Assembly: GCA_964016885.1 (NCBI GenBank)
Contig: OZ024755.1
Coordinates: 32,674,001-32,738,000 of the forward strand
Length of the DNA: 64,000 nt
DNA from: Eledone cirrhosa
Lineage: Eukaryota
Direction of reading: 5' to 3'
Both the position numbers and the translations under genes were made by a program. The notes beneath the pieces were generated by a model. It had not been told where the DNA came from. It searched no databases and worked only from the letters and a program-made list of their open reading frames with translations. Shown piece after piece: positions 11,811 to 24,500 of this stretch. How positions within the stretch are numbered: the first letter of the stretch is position 1; each line of letters opens with the position of its first letter.

Positions 11811-13326
11811 ATGACACCTCCAATGAATAATAAATTAAACTGATTTCATTTTGTATATTTCTGATAACAGAAATTTGATGATGTTGGAAAGGATTAGGTT
11901 AAGGAAGGATCTACTGAATTCCACATGCAAAAGATCTTTGAAATTTCACTCCTAGTTGCAGAAAGAAAACAACAAAAATAAACTAGCAGCAGATGTTAGT
12001 GACTCTCAAGGAAAAAAGGAGATAATTTCAAGTAATTAAGAACTAATTTTTCAAAATTAATTTGTAGGAATTAAGAGAAGACAACAATGGACATGTTTTC
12101 GATCTATTAAACCTCACCAGTGAGGTATAGTTAACAAAAGTTTTACCTATAGAAAAAGGGTTATGAATAATTTAGTCTGTATAAGGATAAAGTATAAAGA
12201 TCCCATAACTCATTGTGGAGTCATAGAGGCACCATTATACGGCATGTCTAGGGCAGTTTTAAACCTGGCAGAATCAACACCCTCTCTAGGTTTGAACACA
12301 GTCGATTTTTCTACAGAGGAAGAATCAACCCTGGTACTGGACTGGTACCTTATCGGTGAGGTATAGTTAACAAGAGTTTTACATATAGAAAAAGGATTAT
12401 GAATAATTTAGTCTGTATAATTAAAAAAAAAAAAAATGATGAATTAAGAGAAATAAGTGGTATGATTCAATGGGATGAATTCAGATAAATAAATAAAGGA
12501 GAGATGTGCTGAATACCTAACAGAAAAAATTCCATAATTGAAATTTGAGAAGACACTTTAGAATATTTCTTACACGTGACATTCTGTTCAACTTTTGTGA
12601 AAATATACTGTATATATGCATCGGCAATCTCTCTATAAACATGACAGTATTGTTCTATTTGTTTGATGTTGTTTTGTTTTGATAAGATTAGTAGAAACTA
12701 GGTATTCAAAATCAATAGTTTAAGAACATCATACAACCATATCACTAAGATCAGTTTGTAAAACAACTACGTCAAAACCGTATGTTTGCAAGACAGAAAA
12801 TGTTTCTCTATTCAGGAGAAAATAGATGAAGAAAAACTTTAAAACCAAAACCAAAAAAAAAAAAACCACCCAGTCATCTAAAATATTGCAAACAAACATG
12901 CTATGTTTTATGAGAAAAAATTGTCTCAGCATGAGACAGAATTTATGTCTCAAACTTGAAAATGCCATTGTCAATTTAAAAAAATATCATCAATATATGA
13001 ATAAAATTTGAGAGTATACCCTTTAGAGAAGCATAATACCTTTCAGATTACTGATTCTAAGGTGACTAATACAAGTAGTGTAGAATAAGATCAGTTGCTA
13101 CGAGAGCAGACAAATATTCAGAAAGATATTTTAACTAGATACTTATTTATTTTTCTGTATTCACTTGAAACAATGTTATGTTTTTCTGGGACCAATTGAA
13201 TAGAGTTGGCATTCATTCCAGATATCTTTCTATCTGCCAACACCTACCCCCCACTCCACCTTTTATTTCTTCTCAGAATTGATCTCAGATTTATCTTTAA
13301 CATTTCTCGTTTCATCATCATCAGAA

Positions 13327-13590
13327 TGGTGGATTGGCAGTATTGGTAGAGCGTCGAACAACATGGCTGGCGGCATAGAGTTACATCCCTTTATGTTCTG
13401 AGTTCAAATACCGCTGAAGTTAGCTTTGCCTTTTATCCTTACGGGGGTTGATAAAATAAAGTACCAGTAATGCACTGGGGTAATTGCTGGCCTTGTGCCA
13501 AAAGTAGAAACAATTATTATGAGGGGTCTATAAAATAAAGTACCAGTAATGCACTGGGGTAATTGCTGGCCTTGTGCCAAAAGTAGAAAA
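13327..13590 (+). mobile_element. SINE family A with duplicated 3' segment
   Basis: ATAAAATAAAGTACCAGTAATGCACTGGGGTAATTGCTGGCCTTGTGCCAAAAGTAGAAA occurs twice in tandem. Confidence 0.85.
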
Positions 13591-13704
13591 ATATTACGAT
13601 GTGTGTTACCAATGTTGTTATTACAATAGATTAACAAAATAATTAAATGGTTGATAATGTCAAGTAGTGGAGGTCAGTGTAATCTACTGTCTCCTTCCTC
13701 AATT

Positions 13705-14190
13705 GCTTGATTGACAGAATCGGTAGAGCATCGGAGACCCTGCTTTGTGGCATAGAGTTACAGCCCTTTCCGGTCTGAGTTCAAATCCTGTTGAGTTTAG
13801 CTTTGCTTTTCATCCTTGCGGGAGGTCAATAAAATAAAATACCAGTAAAGACACATGACTTAGTGGTTAAATAGTTGGATTCACGATCATGAGGTTGTGA
13901 GTTTAATTCTCAGAACGGGTGATGTGTTATGTCCTTGAGCAAGACACTTTATTTCATGTTGCTCCTTCAGCCAGGAGTTGCGACCGGTAGATGGTATCAG
14001 CAATGGAAAGACCAATGGAAACATTGTTTCCTTGGTCTAATTTGACGAGGTTCACCCCCACTCGTCAAGTGAATGAAGTCTGGGATCTTGTTGATTGATC
14101 AGAGCGAACCAGTAATACACTGGGGTCCATTTAATCTTCTTTCCTCTCCCCAAAATTGTTGACCTTGTGCCTAAATCAGAAACTGATATT
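13705..14190 (+). mobile_element. SINE family A interrupted by a CORE-head SINE (13849-14107)
   Basis: 8-bp TSD ACCAGTAA at 13841 and 14108; the host SINE resumes TACACTGGGG. Confidence 0.8.
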
Positions 14191-14302
14191 TATATCAATA
14201 TGTTATTCAAACTTATAAAACTTACAAATAAAATTTGTGATTTTCATTCTTTTACAAATGTATTAGTAATACAAGTGAAGTGAAATGACAAGAAGAAGGC
14301 GT

Positions 14303-14517
14303 TTAATCCTTTACCATTTACATTACTCTATATATACTATTGTATTTTTGTGGTAAAGGCTTTATCTCACATAATATCGAATCTATGAGATTTTGATATT
14401 TTTTATTTTGAGAACAATACCTTAACATCAGTATGAGTGACTATTTACGGTCGGTTTCACAGAAAGAGGTGAGAGAATTCTGGTCAGATATGGCCGGTTT
14501 AAATGCTAAAGGGTTAA
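14303..14517 (-). mobile_element. piggyBac-type MITE, full length without arrays
   Basis: TTAATCCTTTACCATTTAC ... TAAATGCTAAAGGGTTAA terminal inverted repeats with TTAA at both ends. Confidence 0.85.
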
Positions 14518-16479
14518 ATTAACTGACAGATTAGTCAAAGATAAGGCTTTTTCTAATTTCTCTAATGTACAAACAAATTTAGTCTTTACTCTTTGTCATT
14601 CTTGTGAACTATAATTAAATCTTATTAGTTTGTTTAGCAGATGATTTCTTTTAGAAAAGATAATTCACTGTAGTTTCACTGCCAAATATAACTGTTCTAC
14701 TTTATTCTAGAATAACGTATTGATATGTCAGCTCTACCTTCAACACATTGGCAAATAGTTTGAATCTTTAATGAAGCTTTAATGATAATGCATAAACTTT
14801 ATCGCAACTCTCTTCTATATTTAACTTCTAAATGTCCAAATGAGTAATGAACCTGGAATGGCATTCATGCATGCACAAGCATGCACACATATACACACAA
14901 AAATAAATATTAGGATATTGTGAAGAGCAATAGAAATGCAACTGTATTTCTACTGCTCTCCACAATATTTGCTTTTTCTCCTTCACATTTTTATACCCGC
15001 TTCAAGAATATATGAAATTTCACCCTAAAGGCTTCATTTGAATGAGGAAAATTTTGAGTAAATAAAAAAAAAAAAAAAAAAAAGAAATCTGTAGAAGATA
15101 GATAGCAGACCTGCACGTTTCCTTCTCAAATTTCTGCAATACTTACAAATATATAAAATGGGTATGTGGAAGTATAGCATAGTTTAGCTAAGCATCTCTT
15201 GTATATGCACATATTAAGTTATGCAAATAATGACATAAATGTAGGAAAGGACAAATTCTTTTGAAATAGCTAAGCAAGAAGGAATTACATGAAGAGGAAA
15301 ATACAACCTACAGAAAGTCAAAAGTGAAAAGACCTCAAGTTTATCTGTTTTTCTCTTTTACATTGTGTGACCAAAGTTTTTCCAGTAACAATCAAAATGG
15401 TAAAATATAAAAATGTTATTTCAATAAAGAGTAAAAGAAAATAAACATCCAAACCTAAATCACATACACATGCACCACAATGTAGATTTTAGAGTTAAAG
15501 GATTAGATCTTTATTCTTATTTTTTTCTCCTGAATAAAGAGGATTCTTAATATTCTTATAATAATGGTTACAAAATAAATTGATTTTTTTCTTCCAAAGG
15601 CAAGATACACTGATATAAGAGAAAAGGTTACAATGAAAGTATGTTCCATACTTGACTATTTACATATAGGACAAGATTTGTTTGGTCTATCTATTTAAAT
15701 AGGATCAAGTCAGATAATTTTTAAAGATAGCTGGGGTGGGAAAATATGCAGTTATACTTTTTATTCTCCAGAAGCCAACAGCAAGAAAATCTTTGGAGAT
15801 TAATTATCAGGCATATTAGTTAAACCAGTAGGAATTTTACAAGATTATGTTTGGATTCTGTAAGTTTAAAGCCTGATTAATAGAAATGCTATAAAAATAT
15901 ATATTGCTTTTATTTTTACATATTCTTTGTAAGAGATAAATTTCTGATTTGATCAGAATTGAAGATGTATTTATAACAATGTATAGCAGTTCTTGTAAGA
16001 GATAACAAACACATTACTACTGTGGAGATTATATAGATATCTGTGGAAAAAAATATAACAGAATAATTTACAATTCTTTTATTCCTTTATTAGTTTACTG
16101 ACTTCATTCATAGGATAGTGGCCATGCTGGATTACCACCTTCAAAAGTTTTCATACATCATAACTTCTGTACTATTTGTCAATTCTCTGAATTATGGAAC
16201 ATAGTGTCATGTCATAAACTGTTTTTGAAACTCGTGTAAACAAATTCACACACATACACATATACACACACGCACGCCTATACATATACACACACAGCTA
16301 GACACACACCTATACATATACGCACACACACACAGCTACACACACGCCTATACATATACACACATGCCTATACATACACACACACACAGCTACACACATG
16401 CCTATACATACACACACACACAGCTATACATATTCACACATCATCATCATCATTTGAATATGTATATATATATATCACA

Positions 16480-16536
16480 GGGTTCTTGCCTGATAACCCT
16501 GTGATAAACAGGTGAAACTCCAGAGTAACAAAACTC
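16480..16536 (+). ncRNA. degenerate type I hammerhead ribozyme motif (core G8>A)
   Basis: GGGUUCUUGC-CUGAUAA-CCCUGU(GAUAA)ACAGGU-GAAA-CUCCAGAG-UA|ACAAAACUC; stem III ACUC-CA-GAGU. Lies in a (TA)n-flanked insert at 16476-16617. Confidence 0.55.
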
Positions 16537-16612
16537 AATATTTAGTCATAATAAAATGAATATTTAAACTCTACTTCGGTATCCAGTACTCTTTTCTTTC
16601 AGCCATCAACTA

Positions 16613-16652
<40 letters not shown>

Positions 16653-16682
16653 AAAGAATAGAGGTGTAACACACAAGTTATT

Positions 16683-17172
16683 ATATATTGGTAAACGGAA
16701 TAGAAAATGCTGACAAATTGTTCACAGTTGAAAAATGGTTTAATTAGGAATAAAATAGTATTAGTGATTGTATGGGTTAGTATTCAGTTGTGGTTTTAAG
16801 TTTTTAAGTTTTTACCGGTTGTGCATTTCTAAATGCTTTTCAAAAATAATTTTGAGATAGAGTGTCCGTGCTGTTTGCTCTGATCTGATTAGTTTTGGGA
16901 ATTCTACCTGTTTTTATGTTGGGAATTCTACCTGTTTTTAACATAAAAACAGGTAGAATTCCCAAAACTAATCAGATCAGAGCAAACAGCATGGACACTC
17001 TATCTCAAAATTATTTTTGAAAAGCATTTAGAAATGCGCAACCGGTAAAAACTTAAAAACACAACTGAATACTAACCCATACAATCACTAATACTCTTTT
17101 ATTCCTAATTAAACCATTTTTCAACTGTGAACAATTTGTCAGCATTTTCTATTCCGTTTACCAATATATATA
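16683..17172. repeat. long foldback inverted repeat, arms about 235 bp, loop about 19 bp
   Basis: ATATATTGGTAAACGGAATAG...TTTTTATGTT / AACATAAAAA...CTATTCCGTTTACCAATATAT, with few mismatches and indels. Confidence 0.95.
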
Positions 17173-17174
17173 TA

Positions 17175-17842
17175 TCCTCCCACTCCCACCAACACCACCC
17201 TCTCTCTATAAAGTTGGTACCACAACATCCAGTCCAAATAAATGAGATAAATGAGATCAAGATCGTGTAGGTGTCACGAGAAAAAAACACACAGTCCACG
17301 CTGTAATGTGGCCGTGTAGGTAACACGGTAAAAAGTTCCCAGTTCCACACTGTAAATGTGGTTGGTGTTAGGAAGGGCATCCAGCCGTAGAAAACCTGCC
17401 AGATAGTCCTATATGAGCGAGACACGGACACCCGACAAAACCTTGCCTCAAGTGGGACAACTCCCGTCTAACCCATGCTAGCGTGGAAAGTGGACGTTAA
17501 ACGAAGATGATGATGATGATGATATATATATATATACACACCTCTCAAAGGTGATGATGTACGACTGTGAACTCTGGCGCCACGCAGTAATACAGAAGAC
17601 CCGACCCCCCCACGGGTACAAGCCGAAGCTGAAGCATATAGACAATATGCCCCCACACCCTCCCCCTGAAAAGTGGTCGTGGAGGTGCCACGGCAAAAAA
17701 GCACCCAGCCAGAATCAGTTCCCGTATGAGCAAGGCATGGTCAGACGACCGGACACTGCCCACAACAGGACAACCCGTCTAACCCATGCTGGTGTGGAAG
17801 AACGGACGTAAAACAGTGACGACGATGATGATGATGATGATA
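17175..17842 (+). mobile_element. two tandem RTE 3' fragments of different subfamilies
   Basis: 17175-17523 matches 4570-4905. 17535-17842 includes HLSKVMMYDCELWRHAVIQKTRPP plus a shortened UTR. Confidence 0.8.
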
Positions 17843-18509
17843 TATAATGACTTACACAGTTTCCACCTACCTAATTCCACTCACAAGATATTGTTCAATC
17901 TGAGGCTATAGAAGACAGGTTTAGTGCAATGAGTTTGAGCACATTCTCTTTTTTTGCTATTATTCCAAACATTATCTATTGTGAAGTAGAAATATTCAAA
18001 TTGCTAATGTATTTACTGTCCAAAGTGAAAGCAATGGCATAGTGGATGTGCATGGATTTATAACTTTCAACAGATTGTGTTTCTAAGGAGAATGATTGTG
18101 ATTCAAAGGAAAAATAGATGATAAAGATATAGGACTATCATTTTAGTGTCGCTTGAAATTGGTTTTGACTTCAAACCTTTTTAGAGTCAATAAAATATGT
18201 ACCAGTGATGTACTGGGTTGATTTAATCATCTGTTCCCTCTCCACAAAATTGTGGCCTTAATATTACAAACAAATTATGATTTTAATCAAAATTATGGAT
18301 AAGCAAGAACCTGTTGTGGAATTTAACATTTCTAGGAATATTTAACTCTGTATCATTTAAAACCAGCTGAATTTTCTCACCTCTTTCTGTTCAAGGTTGA
18401 CCGTAATCATTTTTTTGCTTCTTTTTTTTATGGGGGAAGAGGCAGGGAAAGAAAGGTAAACACAATCTATATTTTAAAAAAAAGTGAGAGAAGACATGCA
18501 CACCCAATC

Positions 18510-18705
18510 ACATGACAAATATTTCTTTTAAGCAAATCAATACACTCTCTCTATTGCCATGAATGATAGCAAGGCTAAGATGCTGGAATAACCAAGCACC
18601 CATGTAAGCATCACCTGTTATATAGGTAAGGTAATCTGTCAACAATAAGAACCATGTTGTTAGTGACCCAGCTCCCTCAAATGTCTTGAACACCACAGGC
18701 TGCAC
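18510..18705 (-). mobile_element. CRE-like non-LTR retrotransposon fragment (C-terminus of restriction-like endonuclease domain)
   Basis: QPVVFKTFEGAGSLTTWFL...ITGDAYMGAWLFQHLSLAIIHGNRESVL resembles the P..ET.G / TGD.RE..WL.QRLSLAI.RGN pattern as recalled for CRE-like elements. Confidence 0.6.
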
Positions 18706-19229
18706 AATGATAACAATTTTATAATTTGAAGTGAATGACTAAAATTTTATTTATTGAACTTATGGATGGAGCAAAATTAATTGAATACAGTGTAAGACAA
18801 ACTATTTCTATAAAAATCTTTCTTAAAATAAAATAAAATGAAATAAAATAAGATAAAATAAATTAAAAGGTTATAGGCGGGATAAATCTGTAGTGATGGT
18901 GAGGAAGGGAAAGAAATTTATTTATCGAAGCATTTAAAAATAATTCTGAATTAAAAAAAATTTCTTCTAATATGAAAATTATGAGAGACTGAAAGAAGAA
19001 TAAAAAAAAAAATGGAAGGGTGAAGAGGATAACAGAGTATAAAGAAAATTTGGGCAGAAGATGATGCTTTAGTTTTTGTTATTCTGAAGAATTTTATTTT
19101 CACTTGCAGATGGATTCCTAAAGAAACAATAAGGGTAAAAAATAGATTTTTCAAATATTTAACATTAGCTGATGACCTTTTTTTTTTTTTATCCAATATT
19201 ATTTTTAGAGTATATAATAAGACAGTTAT

Positions 19230-19965
19230 AGATGATGATGGTGGTGATGATGGCAGTGATAATGATGGTGGTGATGATGGTGGTGATAATGGTGATGATG
19301 GTGGCGATGGTGGTGGTGATGATGATGGTGGTGGTGGTGATGATGGCAGTGATAATGATGATGGTGATGATGGTGGTGATGGTGGTGGTGATGGTGGTGG
19401 TGATGGTGGTGATGATGGTGGTGATGGTGGTGGTGATGGTGGTGAGATGATGATGGTGATGGTGGTTATGATGATGCAGGTGATGCTGGCAGTGATGATG
19501 ATGATGGTGGTGATGATGGTGGTGATGATGGTGGTGATGGTGGTAGTGGTGAGATGATGATGGTGATGGTGGTGATGATGATGGTGATGATGGTGGTGAT
19601 GAGATGATGATGGTGATGGTGGTTATGATGATGGAGGTGATGCTGGTGATGATGGAGGTGATGGTGGTAGTGGTGAGATGATGATGGTGATGGTGGTGAT
19701 GATGATGGTGGTGATGGTGGTGAGATGATGATGGTGATGGTGGTGATGATGATGATGGAGGTGATGCTGGCAGTGATGATGATGATGGTGGTGATGATGG
19801 TGGTAGTGGTGGTGATGATGGTGGTGATGGTGATGGTGGTGATAGTGGTGATGGTGATGGTGGTGATAGTGGTGATGGTGATGATGATGATGGTAGTGGT
19901 GATGATGATGGTGGTGATGACGATGATGGTGGTGATGATGATGATGATGGTGGTGGTGATGATGG
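19230..19965. repeat. (GAT/GGT)n trinucleotide microsatellite
   Basis: Directly visible. Confidence 0.95.
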
Positions 19966-20147
19966 TATTAGCATCTTTTCCTGCAAGATCAGCAAATATG
20001 AGCTACAGAAGATCAGGTTACTAGGAACAGGAGACATTCTCAGATGAGTTCCCTCTCTACAATGAAAACCTCTATAGCCCTAGGTTCAAGGCCTGAACCT
20101 AGCAATAGAGAAACAGAACTGAGCTAAATGGAATAACACAACAACAA

Positions 20148-20500
20148 TAATTGTTTCTACTTTTGGCACAAGGCCAGCAATTATCCCAGTGCATTACTGG
20201 TACTTTATTTTATCGACCCCGTAAGGATGAAAGGCAAAGTTAACCTCAGCGGGATTTGAACTCAGAACATAAAGGGGCGTAAATGATTTCTACTATAGGT
20301 ACAAGGCCAGCAATTTTAGGGAGGGGGGAGAGTCGATTAAATTGACCCCAGTGTATTACTGGTAGTTTATTTTATTGACTGTAAGAATGAAAGGCAAAGT
20401 TAACCTCAATGGGATTTGGACTCAGACTGCAAAGGGCCGAAACTCTGTGCTGCAAAGCACGGCGTCTGATGCTCTACTGATACTGCCAATACACCGCCCT
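20148..20500 (-). mobile_element. two adjacent SINE family A copies (short and long 3' variants)
   Basis: Two GAAAGGCAAAGTTAACCTC cores, at about 20229 and about 20389. Confidence 0.8.
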
Positions 20501-21571
20501 ATAATAAATAATCATAACAATGATGGCGACCACGACGACAACAACAACAACAAAACAACAACAACTACTACAAAATCAACAACAACTAGAACAAGTAAAA
20601 GAAATATGGTAGTAAATGTAGAAAGTAAGAAATAACAAATGAAAAAAATACGATTACACGGATAAATATTCAAATGCTTTGCAAAAACAATAAAAGGGGG
20701 GGGGGGGCTATATAACAAGATGGTGGGGAAGGGGAGGGTCTAAATTAGATGGTGGGGAGGAGGATGGGGCTTCTAAATAACAAGATGGTGAGGGGGGTTC
20801 TAAATAACAAGATGGTGAGGAGCGGGGGAGGGGGGTATATTTTTAAAAAATCATTTCTCTAGGGATTTTAGTGTAATGCTAGAACAGAATTATGTTGTGC
20901 TCTAAAGTGTTTGCAGAATTCTTTACTAATATCTCTACTCCTACCCCTAGAACTGGAAGACTAAATTTTATTTTATTTTATTTTATTTTATTTTATTTAC
21001 AGTTTTTATTATATTTAGTTCTAAATGATTTGACAATAACTTTATGAAAAATACAAGAATAAATATTAAATGGTTGGCTTCATACTATGCTCTGCTTATG
21101 TTTAATTACTCTCATGGTAAGGATAAAAATATTTTAGGAATAACAATGGACCTTAATCTTATATTGTTTTCTCAGAATTCATTTTCTTCAGCCTCCTCCG
21201 GGAGAAATGAATATCCATGCAGAACTCCTAGTAAACAAACTTATATTCCCTTTTGAGTTTTCTTTGATTCCATGTATCTGTCATGTACTATAATTGAATC
21301 CATCATTTTGTCTGACCTGGCAAACTTTCAATAGACTTGTGTAGTTGGCTCAAAGTGAAAATTCAATAGCTTCTTAGTTATAGCTCCAGTTTAAATTTTA
21401 ATATGTAGGGCGATGGCAGATTGGCAGAATTGTTAAAGCATCAGACAAAATGCTTTGTTGCATTTAGTTACAACCTTCAATGTTCTGAGTTCAAATCATG
21501 CCAAAATCAACTTTGCCTTTCATCATTTCGAGGTTGACAAAATAAAGTACCAGTCAAATACTGGAGTTGAT

Positions 21572-24500
21572 TTAACTTACATTACTCTATATTTACTATT
21601 GTATTTACATTACTCTATATTTACATTACTCTATATTTACTATTGTATTTACATTACTCTATATTTACTATTGTATTTACATTACTCTATATTTACTATT
21701 GTATTTACATTACTCTATATTTACATTACTCTATATTTACTATTGTATTTACATTACTCTATATCTACTATTGTATTTACATTACTCTATATTTACTATT
21801 GTATTTACATTACTCTATATCTACTATTGTATTTACATTACTCTATATTTACTATTGTATTTACATTACTCTATATTTACTATTGTATTTACATTACTCT
21901 ATATCTACTATTGTATTTACATTACTCTATATCTACTATTGTATTTACATTACTCTATATCTACTATTGTATTTACATTACTCTATATTTACTATTGTAT
22001 TTACATTACTCTATATCTACTATTGTATTTACATTACTCTATATTTACTATTGTATTTACATTACTCTATATCTACTATTGTATTTACCTTACTCTATAT
22101 CTACTATTGTATTTACATTACTCTATATTTACTATTGTATTTACATTACTCTATATTTACTATTGTATTTACATTACTCTATATTTACTATTGTATTTAC
22201 ATTACTCTATATCTACTATTGTATTTACATTACTCTATATTTACTATTGTATTTACATTACTCTATATTTACTATTGTATTTACATTACTCTATATTTAC
22301 TATTGTATTTACATTACTCTATATTTACTATTGTATTTACATTACTCTATATCTACTATTGTATTTACATTACTCTATATTTACTATTGTATTTACATTA
22401 CTCTATATTTACTATTGTATTTACATTACTCTATATTTACTATTGTATTTACATTACTCTATATCTACTATTGTATTTACATTACTCTATATTTACTATT
22501 GTATTTACATTACTCTATATTTACTATTGTATTTACATTACTCTATATTTACTATTGTATTTACATTACTCTATATCTACTATTGTATTTACATTACTCT
22601 ATATTTACTATTGTATTTACATTACTCTATATCTACTATTGTATTTACATTACTCTATATTTACTATTGTATTTACATTACTCTATATTTACTATTGTAT
22701 TTACATTACTCTATATCTACTATTGTATTTACATTACTCTATATTTACTATTGTATTTACATTACTCTATATTTACTATTGTATTTACATTACTCTATAT
22801 TTACTATTGTATTTACATTACTCTATATCTACTATTGTATTTACATTACTCTATATTTACTATTGTATTTACATTACTCTATATCTACTATTGTATTTAC
22901 ATTACTCTATATTTACTATTGTATTTACATTACTCTATATTTACTATTGTATTTACATTACTCTATATCTACTATTGTATTTACATTACTCTATATTTAC
23001 TATTGTATTTACATTACTCTATATCTACTATTGTATTTACATTACTCTATATTTACTATTGTATTTACATTACTCTATATCTACTATTGTATTTACATTA
23101 CTCTATATTTACTATTGTATTTACATTACTCTATATTTACTATTGTATTTACATTACTCTATATCTACTATTGTATTTACATTACTCTATATTTACTATT
23201 GTATTTACATTACTCTATATTTACTATTGTATTTACATTACTCTATATCTACTATTGTATTTACATTACTCTATATTTACTATTGTATTTACATTACTCT
23301 ATATCTACTATTGTATTTACATTACTCTATATTTACTATTGTATTTACATTACTCTATATTTACTATTGTATTTACATTACTCTATATCTACTATTGTAT
23401 TTACATTACTCTATATTTACTATTGTATTTACATTACTCTATATCTACTATTGTATTTACATTACTCTATATTTACTATTGTATTTACATTACTCTATAT
23501 TTACTATTGTATTTACATTACTCTATATCTACTATTGTATTTACATTACTCTATATTTACTATTGTATTTACATTACTCTATATCTACTATTGTATTTAC
23601 ATTACTCTATATTTACTATTGTATTTACATTACTCTATATCTACTATTGTATTTACATTACTCTATATTTACTATTGTATTTACATTACTCTATATTTAT
23701 TATTGTATTTACATTACTCTATATTTACTATTGTATTTACATTACTCTATATTTACTATTGTATTTACATTACTCTATATTTACTATTGTATTTACATTA
23801 ATCTATATTTACTATTGTATTTACATTACTCTATATTTACTATTGTATTTACATTACTCTATATCTACTATTGTATTTTCATTACTCTATATTTACTATT
23901 GTATTTACATTACTCTATATTTACTATTGTATTTACATTAATCTATATTTACTATTGTATTTACATTACTCTATATTTACTATTGTATTTACATTACTCT
24001 ATATTTACTATTGTATTTACATTACTCTATATCTACTATTGTATTTACATTACTCTATATTTACATTACTCTATATCTACTATTGTATTTACATTACTCT
24101 ATATTTACATTACTCTATATCTACTATTGTATTTACATTACTCTATATTTACATTACTCTATATCTACTATTGTATTTACATTACTCTATATTTACATTA
24201 CTCTATATTTACTATTGTATTTACATTACTCTATATTTACATTACTCTATATTTACTATTGTATTTACATTACTCTATATTTACTATTGTATTTACATTA
24301 CTCTATATTTACTATTGTATTTACATTACTCTATATCTACTATTGTATTTACATTACTCTATATTTACTATTGTATTTACATTACTCTATATTTACTATT
24401 GTATTTACATTACTCTATATTTACTATTGTATTTACATTACTCTATATCTACTATTGTATTTACATTACTCTATATTTACTATTGTATTTACATTACTCT

